Source: Haliotis cracherodii | Lineage: Eukaryota | DNA: 64,000 bases | Assembly (NCBI RefSeq): GCF_022045235.1 | Contig: NW_027266289.1 | Coordinates: 434,001 to 498,000, forward strand | Direction of reading: 5' to 3' | Shown here: one piece after another, positions 14,301-27,261 of the stretch | Layout of the letters: each line of letters begins with the position of its first letter | How positions within the stretch are numbered: position 1 is the first letter of the stretch | Position numbers and translations under genes: made by a program | Notes under the pieces: generated by a model | What the model was told of the DNA's origin: nothing | Databases searched by the model: none | Seen by the model: only the letters and a program-made list of their open reading frames with translations

Positions 14301-17300
14301 TTATGTAAGTTTGTTTTGGTTGTTGGAAATCATGTAACAAGTGCAGCAGTATTAGGAGATTGTGGTAGATATGGACTGTATGTTGATTACCACAAAAGGT
14401 GTATTAAATATTGGTTACATTTACTATATTTACCTAATACTAGATACCCAAAGCAACGTTATATACTATTGAAGTCTCTAGATGATGCTGGTCGCTTTAC
14501 ATGGGTCACATACTGTATGTTAAAAAAATGTTATATGATTATGGATTGGGATTTGTTTGGACTTCGCAAGTTGGTGATTGTAAAATGTTTATTGATACCT
14601 TTGTACAAAGACTAAAAGAATGATATAGTACAGTTTATGAATCTCGTAAATTAATACTACTTGTGTTTAGTTATTAAGACAATAATAGATTGCATTTAAT
14701 AACAAACAAAACATTGCATGAATAACAAACTGAGAAACAGACATATTTGGATTTAAATATTTCGATTGAAGTGTTTTAAACTTATGTTTGAATATTAAAC
14801 TTATGAAATTGTCAGTACTTGTTCATTGATTGATGTTATGGACCCCAAAGGTTCAGTACTCGGTTAATGCTTAATGTGCAGACCCCTGACTGACTGGGCG
14901 GGTGTGTTTATTTTATGTAGGTAAGCTAGCCCTGAGTTGAGGGAGTGGTGAGTATGTGTGTTGAATGTGGGTAACGTAAATGTAAGTAACCTTGAGTTGA
15001 GTGAGAGGTGTGTGTGTGTTCGATGTGGGTAACGTAAATTTAAGTAACCTCGAGTTGAGTGAGAGGTGTGTGTGTGTTCGATGTGGGTAACGTAAATGTA
15101 AGTAACCTCGAGTTGAGTGAGAGGTGTGTGTGTGTTCGATGTGGGTAACGTAAATGTAAGTAACCTCGAGTTGAGTGAGAGGTGTGTGTGTGTTCGATGT
15201 GGGTAACGTAAATGTAAGTAACCTCGAGTTGAGTGAGAGGTGTGTGTGTGTTCGATGTGGGTAACGTAAATGTAAGTAACCTTGAGTTGAGTGAGAGGTG
15301 TGTGTGTGTTCGATGTGGGTAACGTAAATGTAAGTAACCTTGAGTTGAGTGAGAGGTGTGTGTGTGTTCGATGTGGGTAACGTAAATGTAAGTAACCTCG
15401 AGTTGAGTGAGAGGTGTGTGTGTGTTCGATGTGGGTAACGTAAATGTAAGTAACCTCGAGTTGAGTGAGAGGTGTGTGTGTGTTCGATGTGGATAACGTA
15501 AATGTAAGTAACCTTGAGTTGAGCGAGAGGTGTGTGTGTGTGTGTGTGTAGTCGATGTGGATGACGTGANNNNNNNNNNNNNNNNNNNNNNNNNNNNNNN
15601 NNNNNNNNNNNNNNNNNNNNNNNNNNNNNNNNNNNNNNNNNNNNNNNNNNNNNNNNNNNNNNNNNNNNNNNNNNNNNNNNNNNNNNNNNNNNNNNNNNNN
15701 NNNNNNNNNNNNNNNNNNNNNNNNNNNNNNNNNNNNNNNNNNNNNNNNNNNNNNNNNNNNNNGTGAATGCAAGTAACCTGGAGTTGGGAGACTGAACAGC
15801 ATTACTTTTGCCTGTTTGTTTTTGTGAGGAGATAGGCGATGGGCGTGGGATTGGGATATTTTTGCTAGATTTCCTTGAACATTGGATCAAACAAAACGAT
15901 TACCTATGTTTCCAAAACGTTACCGGACTGAAACAGTCGCCGAAAGACTGCAAATTTAAGGTAAAAAAACACAAGTGTGATAAAACACTTAATGAAATAC
16001 ATCACCATCAAATAACTATTTCCTGTGTGTTTCATTGTAGCCACCATAGACATTGGGTGTATGTTTGCTTTTGCTCGCCACCAAAGAGTTCGCGTTCGAG
16101 TTTGTTACGGTACATTGAGGACAACCCAGCTGCCTGCAGGTTTAATGTTAGAAATGTTTGTTTAGTTCAAAATTCTATTTAGCACACTTAATCTACAGGT
16201 AACCTTGCTCACCATTGTAAACACATGTTGTTTATCTCCTGATCGGCAATTTACGTGAGTGGCTTTTGAATTTCCTCGTCATCATGGTAACTTTTACATC
16301 TTACCACTTCCTTCATATTAATAATCCACAAAGTATTGATTTGCCTCTGGTGGCAATCTCCAACTCAAACATGTACACGTATTTCAAGTGAATTGATGAC
16401 CTTGAAAGCACGCGCAAGGCCATGACGTTCAGAGCAAAGAGGCTTTACAGACCAAACTTGGTACACTCGCGGGACTTGAAAAAATAAAAATATTTACCAT
16501 CTCGACTACTTGGTAAACCATTAGTAGCAGTAAACAGGGTTACCGTCCAGTTAGACAATGATGTTCCTGCAGCCAGTGGACATCTTGGAATTATTTGTCA
16601 TTTTACAAGTTCGTTGTCAGTTTGTGTACAACATGGACAGTTGCACCAATGTGACATTCCACAGAAGGTCTGAAATGGATGCTCTGGTGTTTGCTGGATC
16701 CACTAACTTTGGTCCATCTTGATATCAATGTAGACAAAGTAGTCACACAAACACAGATAGAATCTAGTCACCAAAGCAAGCAAATACTAATCTGTATTCT
16801 AAAAACAAATACATTTGTTGTTGAACAGCTATGGAAAGAGAAATTGTCAACGCCAGAGAATAACAAGTCTCGGTTAAACATTTACTCACAGTTACATCTT
16901 TATAATGGCATCACCACAGTTACATCACCATAGTTACATCACCATAGTCACATCATCATAGTTACATCATCAAAGTCACATCATCATAGTTACATCACCA
17001 TATTTAGATCACCATAGTTACATCATCATTATCACATCATCATAGTTACATCACCATAGTTACATCACCATAGTTACATCACCATAGTAACATCATCATA
17101 GTTACATCATCATAGTCACACCATCCGTGTTACATCATCATAGTCACATTATCATAGTTACATCATCATAGTCACATCATCATAGTTACATCACCATAGT
17201 TACATCACCATAGTTACATCATCATAGTTACATCATCATAGTCACATCATCATAGTTACATCACCATAGTTTCATCACCATAGTTACAACACCATAGTCA

Positions 17301-20300
17301 CATCATCATAGTTACATCATCATAGTCACATCATCGTAGTTACATCACCATAGTTACATCACCATAGTTACATCACCATAGTCACACCATCATAGTTACA
17401 TCACTATAGTTACATCACCATAGTTACATCATCATTATCACATCATCATAGTTACATCATCATAGCTACATCACCATAGTCCCATCATCATAATCACATC
17501 ACCGTAGTTACATCACCATAGTTACATGACTATGGTTACATCATCATAGTCACACCATCCGTGTTGCATCACCATAGTTACATCATCATAGTCACACATG
17601 CTTATGATATAGGCGGAATGTAAAATGTGTTTTATCGCTTTTCTTTATCGACAGATTTTCCTGCATCGTATTCACATCACCATAGTTACATCACCATAGT
17701 TACATCACCATATTTAAATCACCATATTTACATCACCATAGACACAATATCATGGTTACATCACCATAGTCATATCACCATAGTTACATCACCATAATAA
17801 CATCACCATAGTCATATTATCATAATCACATCATCATAGTTACATCACCATATTTACATCACCATATTTGCATCACCATAGTCTCATCATCATAATCACA
17901 TCATCATATTTACATCACCATAGTCACATCATAATATTAACATCATCATAATCACATCATCATAGTTACATCACCATAGTTACATCACCATATTTACATC
18001 ACCATATTTGCATCACCATAGTCTCATCATCATAATCACATCATCATATTTACATCACCATAGTCACATCATAATATTAACATCATCATAATCACATCAT
18101 CATAGTTACATCACCATAGTTACATCACCATATTTACATCACCATAGTCTCATCATCATAATCACATCATCATATTTACATCACCATAGTCACATCATAA
18201 TAGTAGCATCATCATAATCACATCATCATAGTTACATCACCATAGTTACATCACCATAGACACAATATCATGGTTACATCACCATAGTCACATCACCATA
18301 GTTACATCACCATAATAACATCACCATAGTCACATCATCATAATCACATCATCATAGTTACATCACTACAGTTACATCACCATATTTACATCATCATAGT
18401 TACATCACCACAGTTACATCACCATATTTGCATCACCATATTGACATCACCATATTTACATCACCATAGTCACAATGTTTGAGATGTAGCAACATAATCA
18501 ACCTTCAGTGATATAGGATACACTCAGCTTTTCACCAACACCTGATATCGACGCCATCCTTTAGTGATTCATAAAAAAAAAAACATGCTAATTATATAGT
18601 CGGAATGTAAAACGAGTTTGTTATGATTATCGAAAGTGTTTTATCGCTTTTCTTTATCGACAGATTTTCCTGCAAGATATGATGGAGAATTGTGAATGGG
18701 GCATGCGCACATTGAGGCATATCAGATATCTGTCTTTTTGGTATTTCAATTATTTTCTTTCACAAAGTGAAAGGGGCAGAGATACTCTAAAGACATTTTC
18801 TGAAAACAACTATATGTCATTGCGAGTTGGAAATGCACTCAAAGTACCAAAGCACACCCTTTGCAAACTATTGCTTAAATTGGTTGTAGGTACACAAACA
18901 GTAATGGAAAGGAAACTGATGAGAATAGTAATAAGATGTTTTTTAGTGTGCGTTAGAACTGGTTCAGATGTGGGTGTTATGTAAGATTATTATTGTGATT
19001 ATGCTTCACAAAGTCCTAAAATATATCAAGTGATACCTTCATTCGACCAAGCGTACCACACAATTGGGATAAACAAGGGTAAGAGTCTAAACAGGAACAA
19101 TCCCACGTTAAGAAGTTCTTAAGTGGCATGGTGTGCTGGCTTAGGCAGGCGAATATTGCTGTGCAGACAAAGTCAACCACACCACAGATCACAAACACGA
19201 ATTAACAGTCAGTGTATAAATGTATTATGCATCCTAAACATTGATATAACAATCCCATAGAATCAGCTGGTACATTGTAAACGGTGATGCACTATATGAA
19301 CCAACAACATCAATCTCCGTGTCAGAACCCTTGTTCAGATGAGGATGAACACGTGGGTAGGAAGTGTGATTATAGCTGTAGATGTATCAGCAATCCTAAT
19401 TGCCTGGTGCAGACAAGAAAGGCCAGAAAAGGGAGATCTATTGATTCCCCCAAAAGTGAATCAGGAGGCCATGTCAGGTTACTATCTGTTCAGAGTTTGT
19501 GATGACCGCATTAACGCAAAGGTTATAAACTAAACAACGTTCCCCTTCGATAAAGCGGCAATTGTCACGTGTCGTGCCAACAGTCAACTTTCCCCTCATG
19601 TCAAGCAATATTCCAGCAGCTCCAGCCTTTGAAATACAATCAACCATGGTCTTTCTACCAAGATTTTAAACGACTCTTTTAGAAGTTGTTTGATCAGGGT
19701 TACAATAATCAAGGCCTCGGTAAAGCTTTCAAAATTGTTTATGGAAGACACGTGGAGCACATTACCAAATTGATTCATCGTTAACCAAAATGATGTCGGA
19801 TTTAATTCCCTGTTTTGACCGTGATTTTCAGGTGAACAAATGGCTTGCCTTTGTATGTATTTGTGACGGGCACCTAGGTGTGTCAGGATACGCTCACCTT
19901 TAGACGAACACCTGGTATCATCACTATTCCATTGTGATTCATAAGCACATGTGCATCATATAATCGGAATCTTTCACTCGACTTATTAACAGAGTTTTCT
20001 AGAATATGTGGAGGGTTTTGTTGCTTTTATAAAACAATTGTTATATTGCTTGAATTGTATTACTTGTCACCAGATAGTTCCATGTGCTAGACAATTGTGG
20101 CAGTTGCCACATTTCGACATTTCATATTGTCCTCATCAGTGTGTACATTGTTCTGTCTTGGCAGTCTCTTCCTCAATTCTAGTTGCTATATACCGACATC
20201 ATTGAATTCCTAGACACTAAGCTCTGCTCTTTCCCACAGCTGCCTGCGATGACTACAGATTGGCAAATAGTCGGGAGGACGTGGACGTCATCGACACAGA

Positions 20301-23190
20301 CCCAGCGGAGATGTGCAACAGCAGCTACTTAACAACATCTGACAACTCCTCTTCCTGTTTTAGAGGAGCATCCTGGAAAACAGTCAAAATAAAGTGTCGC
20401 CCGTGCTACTATGGTACCACCCAGCAGACACTAGTAAGATAAACGTAGCTCTGTTCAGATAGGCTTTGATCATTATTGCTAGACTATTCTTCATTTTTAG
20501 CAAAGTTGTAAGGGCAACTGATTGCAATAGACTGCAATATTCTAGAAGAGAGGTCCATAGGACTATTTGCTTTGACGTACAATTCAGGAGTTCCACAAAA
20601 GATGTTTCAGATTTGTTAGTGAGTAAAACCTGACAAGGCGAAAAGAAATGCTGCGTCATTCCCGCCTTATGAATAAATGTACTTGTACTATAATCTGTTA
20701 TTAAAGCATATAAACGCCAGTTGATCAGGATGATAATCAATAACAAATACATAGATATTATATTTCTCAGATTCAGTCCACACTACAAGTTGTGTGTGTC
20801 ATATGTTTCAAATTAATTCAGGAAGGTAAAAGATAGTTATGGCAGGCGAGCAGGTACACCAATACCTTATACTGAGTTGTTTAAGAAAGGAGAAGTGTTC
20901 ATCAAAGTCATTCTCAAAGAAAAATAAAGAAAAAAATAATGTAGCATGGCAGAGTGGAAATTGTACAAAAAGTGTCAGCAAATCGTTCATACAGAGAGTC
21001 GCGAAATTGGGAAAATTCAGTTCCAACCAATCAAAGAGAAATACAAAAATATGATGACGCACTTGGAGGACTTGTAGGAGAATTTCGTTGATGTATCGTT
21101 GAGCCTTAAGATTGCCCTGGATATTGACCAAACCTTTCTTGCCATGATGGGAGAAATCCGCCCACATCATTACGCTACCCTCACCAAACTGTCCACTTCC
21201 TTCCGACGTCTTTAGACTTGATTCGTCGCTGAACCAGACATCTATCACATCGCAGTTGAGTCCATGCCCTGTGTTGACGACACCAACGCAGTCGTTGTTG
21301 ACGATGTTGTTGACTCAATATGATGGTTCTGTACTGCTGGGCGGTACAGAAACGAGTGTCAACCAAGTGAAAAGCCATCTCCAATCGGCCCATTTCAAGG
21401 AAAAACCTCGGGCGTGTCATAGCACACCAGGTGTAAAATGTCTTATGGCTGGATATAGCTACAGGTTATAGAGGTTTAATGTGGCACGGTGTGGACAAGA
21501 TTGCCACAACGACATCGAAGTGGAATATCTAAAAAATATAATCCAGCGATATCGCATCCATCCATCCATCAATCATCACAAACATCATTGTACACATTTT
21601 TTTCAGGATACTTTAGGATTCATTAATTGACGAAATGATTGCTTCAATTTTATAAACATTGATTTTGATTCTACAATCATCTTAGGACCCCACAGCTTCC
21701 CTCACCGAAGATCTGGACTTTGATCTTGACGTTGGCATGAAACTGAGGCTCAGAGTAGCTGTATCAAGAACACACACGTAAGAGTGAATGAGTTAGAGAT
21801 TATTTGTTTTAGGCCGCATCAGTCACCTGGCAGCTATTTGCGGCGACAAATGTCTATAGTGGTATCATAGTTAACTGAAAACGATAAAAGTGACATTCAA
21901 GTTGTCCCAAAACTCTTAAAATGTCAAATTCAAGGGTACACAAATAAGAGAAAACCCAGTCATTTCAGTGTGCATCTACACAGTATTCAATGACATTGTT
22001 CGATTGGGGTATCTGACATTCAAGAAAAGCGTTTTTTCCGATGAACAAGGAAAAGTAACAATAAACAGCAAATATGCTTTTAAAAAGGAAATACGAAATA
22101 TGTAACAACACAGATGTTCCTTTGTGGATAAAGACAAACCTGAAATGAGTTGAATTATTATTTATGTGCAAGTTGTGCGCTCTCATGCTTCCGATAGATT
22201 TGTTCAATGCATCCATCCATCCTCATCCATTGCTTCTCCTGGCATACCTCCGTGCACTGCAGCTACAACGTGCGGTTCATGTCTCCCAATCAGGACGTCA
22301 TCTACCTGGCATCAGTCAGGTTCGACTTTCCTGCAGTTGGACTCTATAAGATCATCTTCAACACTCGTCAAAGCGGCGTATGGGGTAATGAATTTCGGAC
22401 CGACTTCACACCAAACAGCTCCGACAATTATGTAATTGAGATTGTCATAACAGAGACGTCTTTCCTGGTAGGTTGGTTGTCGTGAGAAGAAGAGCGAATG
22501 CTTTAAGTGTTGTTATAAACCTATCACCACATTTCTCTACATTACAACACGTAATGTTTCACTATAAGGTAAATTGATGCTTTCGTAGTTTTGTCTGCTA
22601 TTTCTTGATTTGTTCTGTTTGTTTATTTGTTTTTATCGCCGCACTCAGCAATATTCCAGCGGTCTGTAAATAATCGAATCTGGTCCAGACAATCCAGTTA
22701 TTGACGTCATGAGCATCGATCCACGCAATTGGGACATGATAACATGAACCAAGTCAGCGAACAAGACCCCCCGATCCCGTTAGTCGCCTCTTACGAAAGG
22801 CAAAGTCGCCCTTTACGGGTTAACGGTATCTTCACGGGTCATATTTCTTGCAGTTAGACGGTTCATATGGTGGAGCTTAAGATTTTAGATTTTCAACCCA
22901 AACCGAGGACATCTACACATGTTCTCTTGGTAGGGTGGTTTTCGTGGTTATATTACGATCTTCGTTATTAAAGAATGTATACTATTTTATGGTATAATGT
23001 CACAATTGAAGGATCACATATATCAATGTATGTACTTTGTTCTTTTTGACCATTTTGTTTCCAGACGTACGTCGATGGAACTTTGTGGATGACGAACCCC
23101 ATCCGCTTTCCTCTCAGCGGTGTCCGACGCATCCTGTTTGATGGATCCACTGCCCTCCATGAATTCAACATCGGGAAGGGAATGTGTTGA
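8314..23190 (+). CDS. Gene A: putatively secreted PAN + Sushi-like + galectin-like protein, 313 aa; exons 8314-8638, 20240-20433, 21686-21777, 22263-22467, 23065-23190
   Basis: All introns GT-AG with compatible phases (1,0,2,0); spliced frame is open to TGA at 23188-23190; exon sizes 325/194/92/205/126 mirror paralog B (322/197/92/202/117). An assembly gap lies in intron 1. Confidence 0.8.
9900..10320 (-). mobile_element. Tc1-like transposase remnant (N-terminal HTH region)
   Basis: MPRLAENQRLR..., GRSSKCDVA..., HLRIRNQTASLTAQAIP...INGRTV fragments in several frames. Confidence 0.6.
10780..10943 (+). mobile_element. tRNA-derived SINE family A (diverged copy)
   Basis: AGCCTAGTG...GGTTCGCTTCCC head, GGCGGCATAAAATCATACTCAC tail; homologous to copies at 52996, 56628, 62258. 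Confidence 0.8.
11452..12070 (+). mobile_element. Mariner-like transposon remnant
   Basis: TIR-like ACGAGGGCTGGTCAAAAAAGTT; decayed W-H..SP.P..FK...S.KKV.A and LLHDNA..H motifs. Confidence 0.6.
13650..13950 (+). mobile_element. 3' end fragment of an I/Nimb-type LINE
   Basis: Decayed EDVTMRRCRIGHSKYTH...KGEDHTFCIP C-terminal motif. Confidence 0.55.
13995..14680 (+). mobile_element. LINE (CR1/L2 group) RT C-terminal remnant
   Basis: KTEILVFRNGG, KPILLYSSEVWG, AVLGDCGRY, IKYWL motifs with frameshifts. Confidence 0.7.
14930..15569. repeat. 58-bp minisatellite with (GT)n core, ~11 copies, runs into the gap
   Basis: Unit GAGTTGAGTGAGAGGTGTGTGTGTGTTCGATGTGGGTAACGTAAATGTAAGTAACCTC. Confidence 0.95.
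15570..15762. other. Assembly gap (N run)
   Basis: 193 N. Confidence 1.
16558..16722 (+). pseudogene. Truncated duplicate of PAN first exon A2 (A3)
   Basis: MMFLQPVDILELFVILQVRCQFVYNMDSCTNVTFHRRSEMDALVFAGS, then homology ends and a stop follows; upstream 16213-16370 resembles 7976-8150. Confidence 0.85.
16910..18475. repeat. 14-bp minisatellite (CATAGTTACATCAC), ~100 copies
   Basis: Directly visible tandem array with one internal non-repeat island. Confidence 0.95.
19610..19960 (+). mobile_element. Penelope-like element 3' remnant
   Basis: Decayed LSTKIL...QGY...KAFKIVYGRH-type segment. Confidence 0.4.
21050..21520 (-). mobile_element. Tc1-like transposase fragment
   Basis: LSQQHRQQRLRWC, VWFSDES, FGEGSVMMW, GNLKAQRYINEIL. 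Confidence 0.85.
22610..22840 (-). mobile_element. SINE family B copy
   Basis: Homologous to 27262-27531; flanked by TATTTCTTG direct repeat. Confidence 0.8.
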
Positions 23191-23371
23191 AGAAGATGAA
23201 ACTCCCAGTATCACCGCTGCACGTGCTCGTTATCTAATCTGGGATGTTCCATGGTGATCATTGTTTAATCTCACCAATATTTTGCCTTTATCTTTCAGAT
23301 GATCATAAACTATACACTACAGGCCACTATACACTACAGGCCAACTGCATCAATACATAACGCAATACATA

Positions 23372-23750
23372 GGACAGTCGAACAGTACGAGGTGTAAGAC
23401 AGTCAAACAGTACGAGGTGTAAGACAGTCGAGCAGTACGAGGTGTAAGACAGTCAAACAGTACGAGGTGTAAGACAGTCGAACAGTACGAGGTGTAAGAC
23501 AGTCGATCAGTACGAGGTGTAAGACAGTCGAACAGTACGAGGTGTAAGACAGTCGAACAGTACGACGTGTAAGACAGTCGAACAGAACGAGGTGTAAGAC
23601 AGTCAAACAGTACGAGGTGTAAGACAGTCGAGCAGTACGAGGTGTAAGACAGTCGAATAGAACGAGGTGTAAGACAGTCGAGCAGTACGAGGTGTAAGAC
23701 AGTCAAACAGTACGAGGTGTAAGACAGTCGAACGGTATGAAGTGTAAGAT
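23372..23750. repeat. 25-bp minisatellite, ~15 copies, just 3' of the gene A stop
   Basis: Unit GACAGTCGAACAGTACGAGGTGTAA. Confidence 0.95.
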
Positions 23751-24329
23751 AGTAGAGCAATATTAATCATAATACAACCCGTGGCAATGTGTCAAAAATT
23801 GTTTTTTTATATCAAATGAAATAATTATTTGTAAAAAGCATTTAGCATGTCAGTTTTACTGCATATGACATTAGTCTATGTATATGTCGTTGTTCCAACC
23901 ATTAAGTGATCTTCAAAAACATTGGCAGTTAAATATACAAAAAGGTTTTGTTCATTTTGTGTAATGCTACATCGTCATTTGTTGATACATACTTTCTTCG
24001 AATAGTGTTGTCAAGTTAACTGTCATGTTTGTTGTGTAGGAAATCCCGATGCAGTAACATTCCACAGACACAACCACAATATTACAACGATTCAGTAATC
24101 GATGTGTAAGTGAGTTCTCTTTCAATAGGATTTGATTTGTTTTGCCTTAAAATCGATGGATTCACAAACCTCATCAAAACTTATTTGGGTACAAAAAAAG
24201 TCCCTGTTTCCGTTCTTACAAGTAAGGCTTAAACTGACAAAGTGAAAAACACCACTTTCATTTGTAAATGACATTACATGAACTGTTTATACTAACATGA
24301 ATGGGATATTTAGACATTCAACACACAAA

Positions 24330-24900
24330 ACCAGTCCTTTGTCTGAAAAAGAACTTTGTGATAAATATGAATTATTTCTAAGTGAGAATAAATTCATTCG
24401 AACTTTTTTTTGGATTCCTGAGCTTCATAAGAATCCATAAAATATAGGTTATACAGCAGGGTCCAGAAAATCTACCACCAAATCTTTGTTAAAACTAACA
24501 ACAATATCAGCATTATCAGCAAGGCTTAATTGAATTGAAGAGATGAGACAAATGGATTTGTTTGTTTTTTTTTTGTTTTTTTTTTTGGTTTTTTGGGGGT
24601 TTAACGCCGCACTCCATATTCCAGCTATATGACGGCGGTTTGTAAATATTCGAGTCTGCACAAGATAATCCAGTGATTGACATTATGAGCATCAATGCAC
24701 GCAATTGGGATCGATGACATGCATCAACCAAGTCAGCGAACATGACCACCCGATCCCGTTAGTCGCCTCTTATGACAAGCACAGTCACCTTTTACGGAGA
24801 GGAACAAATTGCTGAAGACCTAACCAATGGATTTAATCACATGCGGATCTTGACAAATTCGAAAGTTCTACTTGAAGTTAACACAATCTCAGACAAGCAA
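24330..24900 (+). mobile_element. Penelope-like RT remnant interrupted by a SINE B copy (~24560-24820, - strand)
   Basis: WIPELHKNP..AGSRKSTTKSL before the SINE and NHMRILTNSKVLLE after it. Confidence 0.6.
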
Positions 24901-25578
24901 ATGTAAGTGAAGAAACCCTTTCTGGTTTCAAAATAAATTTCTGCTACTTTATAAGCATGTGTTTATGAACCACTTTAAATAGTGATGATACCAGGTGTCG
25001 AGAAAAGGTGATTCTACCCCACCAGTGACACCCATATCAAATAAATAAAGCGACAAAACACTTTTCTAAAAGCAATCGTCGATTGTACGATTCAGACTAC
25101 ATTATGAGCATGTGTTTATGAATCAGTATCAAACACTATATCAGGATCGTATTAAGTACGTAGCGTAGCCGTCATCCGTTAGTAGAGGCGCTGATAAATC
25201 GAAATGATTTCAAGAATCTCTTTTTGCAAGTAAGTGCTCGTCAGAAGGAGATGTATTACGTTTCCCGAGGTTCAAATGGAAAGTGTGTTGGAAACACAAA
25301 AATGTATATTAATGTTGCTTTAGATGTATATTTCGGGTTATAAGTAGGAGAAAACACGCTTCGGGGTCGGGAAGAGTGACTTCGGCCATCGACTCATACC
25401 TCTCCCTCGTGTTGACGTTGATAATCAAACTTCAATGTAGCTTACCATCCTTTTGAACGACTACGGGTTCACAGGTAAACCGCATACAATCCTTTGGAAA
25501 TCCTATTTGTATGTAGGCCTTTGGCTCGTAACAGATATGTGTTGCATGCAAACGTGCAATGCATTCATATGTTGAGAA

Positions 25579-25680
25579 GGGGGCGGCGTGACAGTCTAGT
25601 GGTTAAAGCATTGTCATGTCACACTGAAGACCCAGGTTCGATTCCCTGCATGAGTACAATGTGTGAAGCCCCATTGTCCT
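25579..25680 (+). mobile_element. SINE family A, 3'-truncated
   Basis: GGGGCGG..AGTCTAGTGGTTAAAGC...GGTTCGATTCCC...TACAATGTGTGAAGCCC. Confidence 0.75.
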
Positions 25681-27261
25681 GTGTATTATATGTGGATATA
25701 TTATATGTTCGGGAGGAAATAAATAAAATAATGACAATTCATTGTTCACACCATCCTGTCATGTTTATTTATTTGTTGTTATTGATTAACGCTGCACTTG
25801 TCAATATTCCTGCGATATTACGGCGGTCTGTAAATAATGGATCGATGGCGCCATGAGCGCCGACCAACGCAATTGGGATAGGATGATAGGGTGTCTATTC
25901 CTGTGTGGTCAATTTCATCCAACTCATTTCATCTTTACATCTTTATGTAATTATTTGATTATTTAGATGAAGGTGGAGTGTCGTTAATCTACTTACAACA
26001 CTGATGCTGAGAGGCGGCTAGATATATGGATGCTCTGCATCATTTCCTATTAGTAATTTCGCTGCAATAAAAAGCGAGACAGTTTTCTGCTGCACCTGAT
26101 TCGAAGGCCAGAGCTCAGATTAGCGTTCACAGCAGGACACAAAGCACACAGCAAATGGCTCCCCGTTATTGCAGCAGTTTTTTGCTCGGCGTTCTTAAAC
26201 ACTGTCGCTTTATTTGGAACAGAAAGATCATGTTTGCATCATACAACTTTGATTTTGAGCCATGTTGATGCCTCTTGTTTTAATATATCACACACCTAAA
26301 TGTGGTTGTTGTTTTTAAAAGATGAACGCAAAACATGCTCGCTAACTGCTGAGAAGATGTTCATCACAAATACTCTTAGACTTGTTTTGTTTTTGTTATG
26401 AATATAGAATTATCATATAATGGGTAGGTTTCTCGGCAGGATAAAGTCAGCGGATAAAAAACGATATCCGCTGGCGTCATATGCGGATAGAGATGCAAAT
26501 ATCAATAAAGGGCAAGTAGTGACTACTTTCACTGTTTATAAACAAACATGGCGTCGCCTTTGACTTTCGGCGATCGAGTCGGAATTAAAAATCGGGAATC
26601 TGGAGAAACTACTGGGGTAGATTGCTATCATTATCAAAAGAACAGTCTTATATACTGAAGTTTTGCAGATATGAATTGCAAAACACTTTTACGAGAGCAC
26701 TAGCCAAGGGGACCTCTTATCAATACTAGTATCTGTTTTTGTAGACCCTTGCGGCTTGGAACCTTTTAATACAGTTGGATTTGGCCGAAATATGTTAAAT
26801 TGTTACCTTGTTTTGTTTTGTCGATGTATGTACATCTGTTGGCACTTCTGAACGTTGTGACAGGGCAGATCGACTGTCAAAAACGTCTGAATGTAGACTA
26901 GGGTTAGAGTAGCTTCCTTGTGATAAAGGGCAGTTACTCTATCGGACAGACCGATAGATTGCCGCTAATGGCAAGTAAAAACAATTTGTGTAAGCAATGG
27001 TTTTGCATATATGTACGCCATATTTGGAAAACATGTTGCGCTTACTTTTAATGAAATGCACTACGTTGTATTTTCAAAACGAGGGGCAGGTCGACAGACT
27101 GTCATACAACTCTTACTTTCACATCATCAGCAACAGCGACTTCACAACGTTAGCTGGATGTCCGAGATGATCCCAAGACTTGGTGTTTCTTTCCTGTGTG
27201 AGCACATTAAGCTATGGAGTATATAGCTTGCCTACAGCATCACTAACATAGTTTGTAGGTG

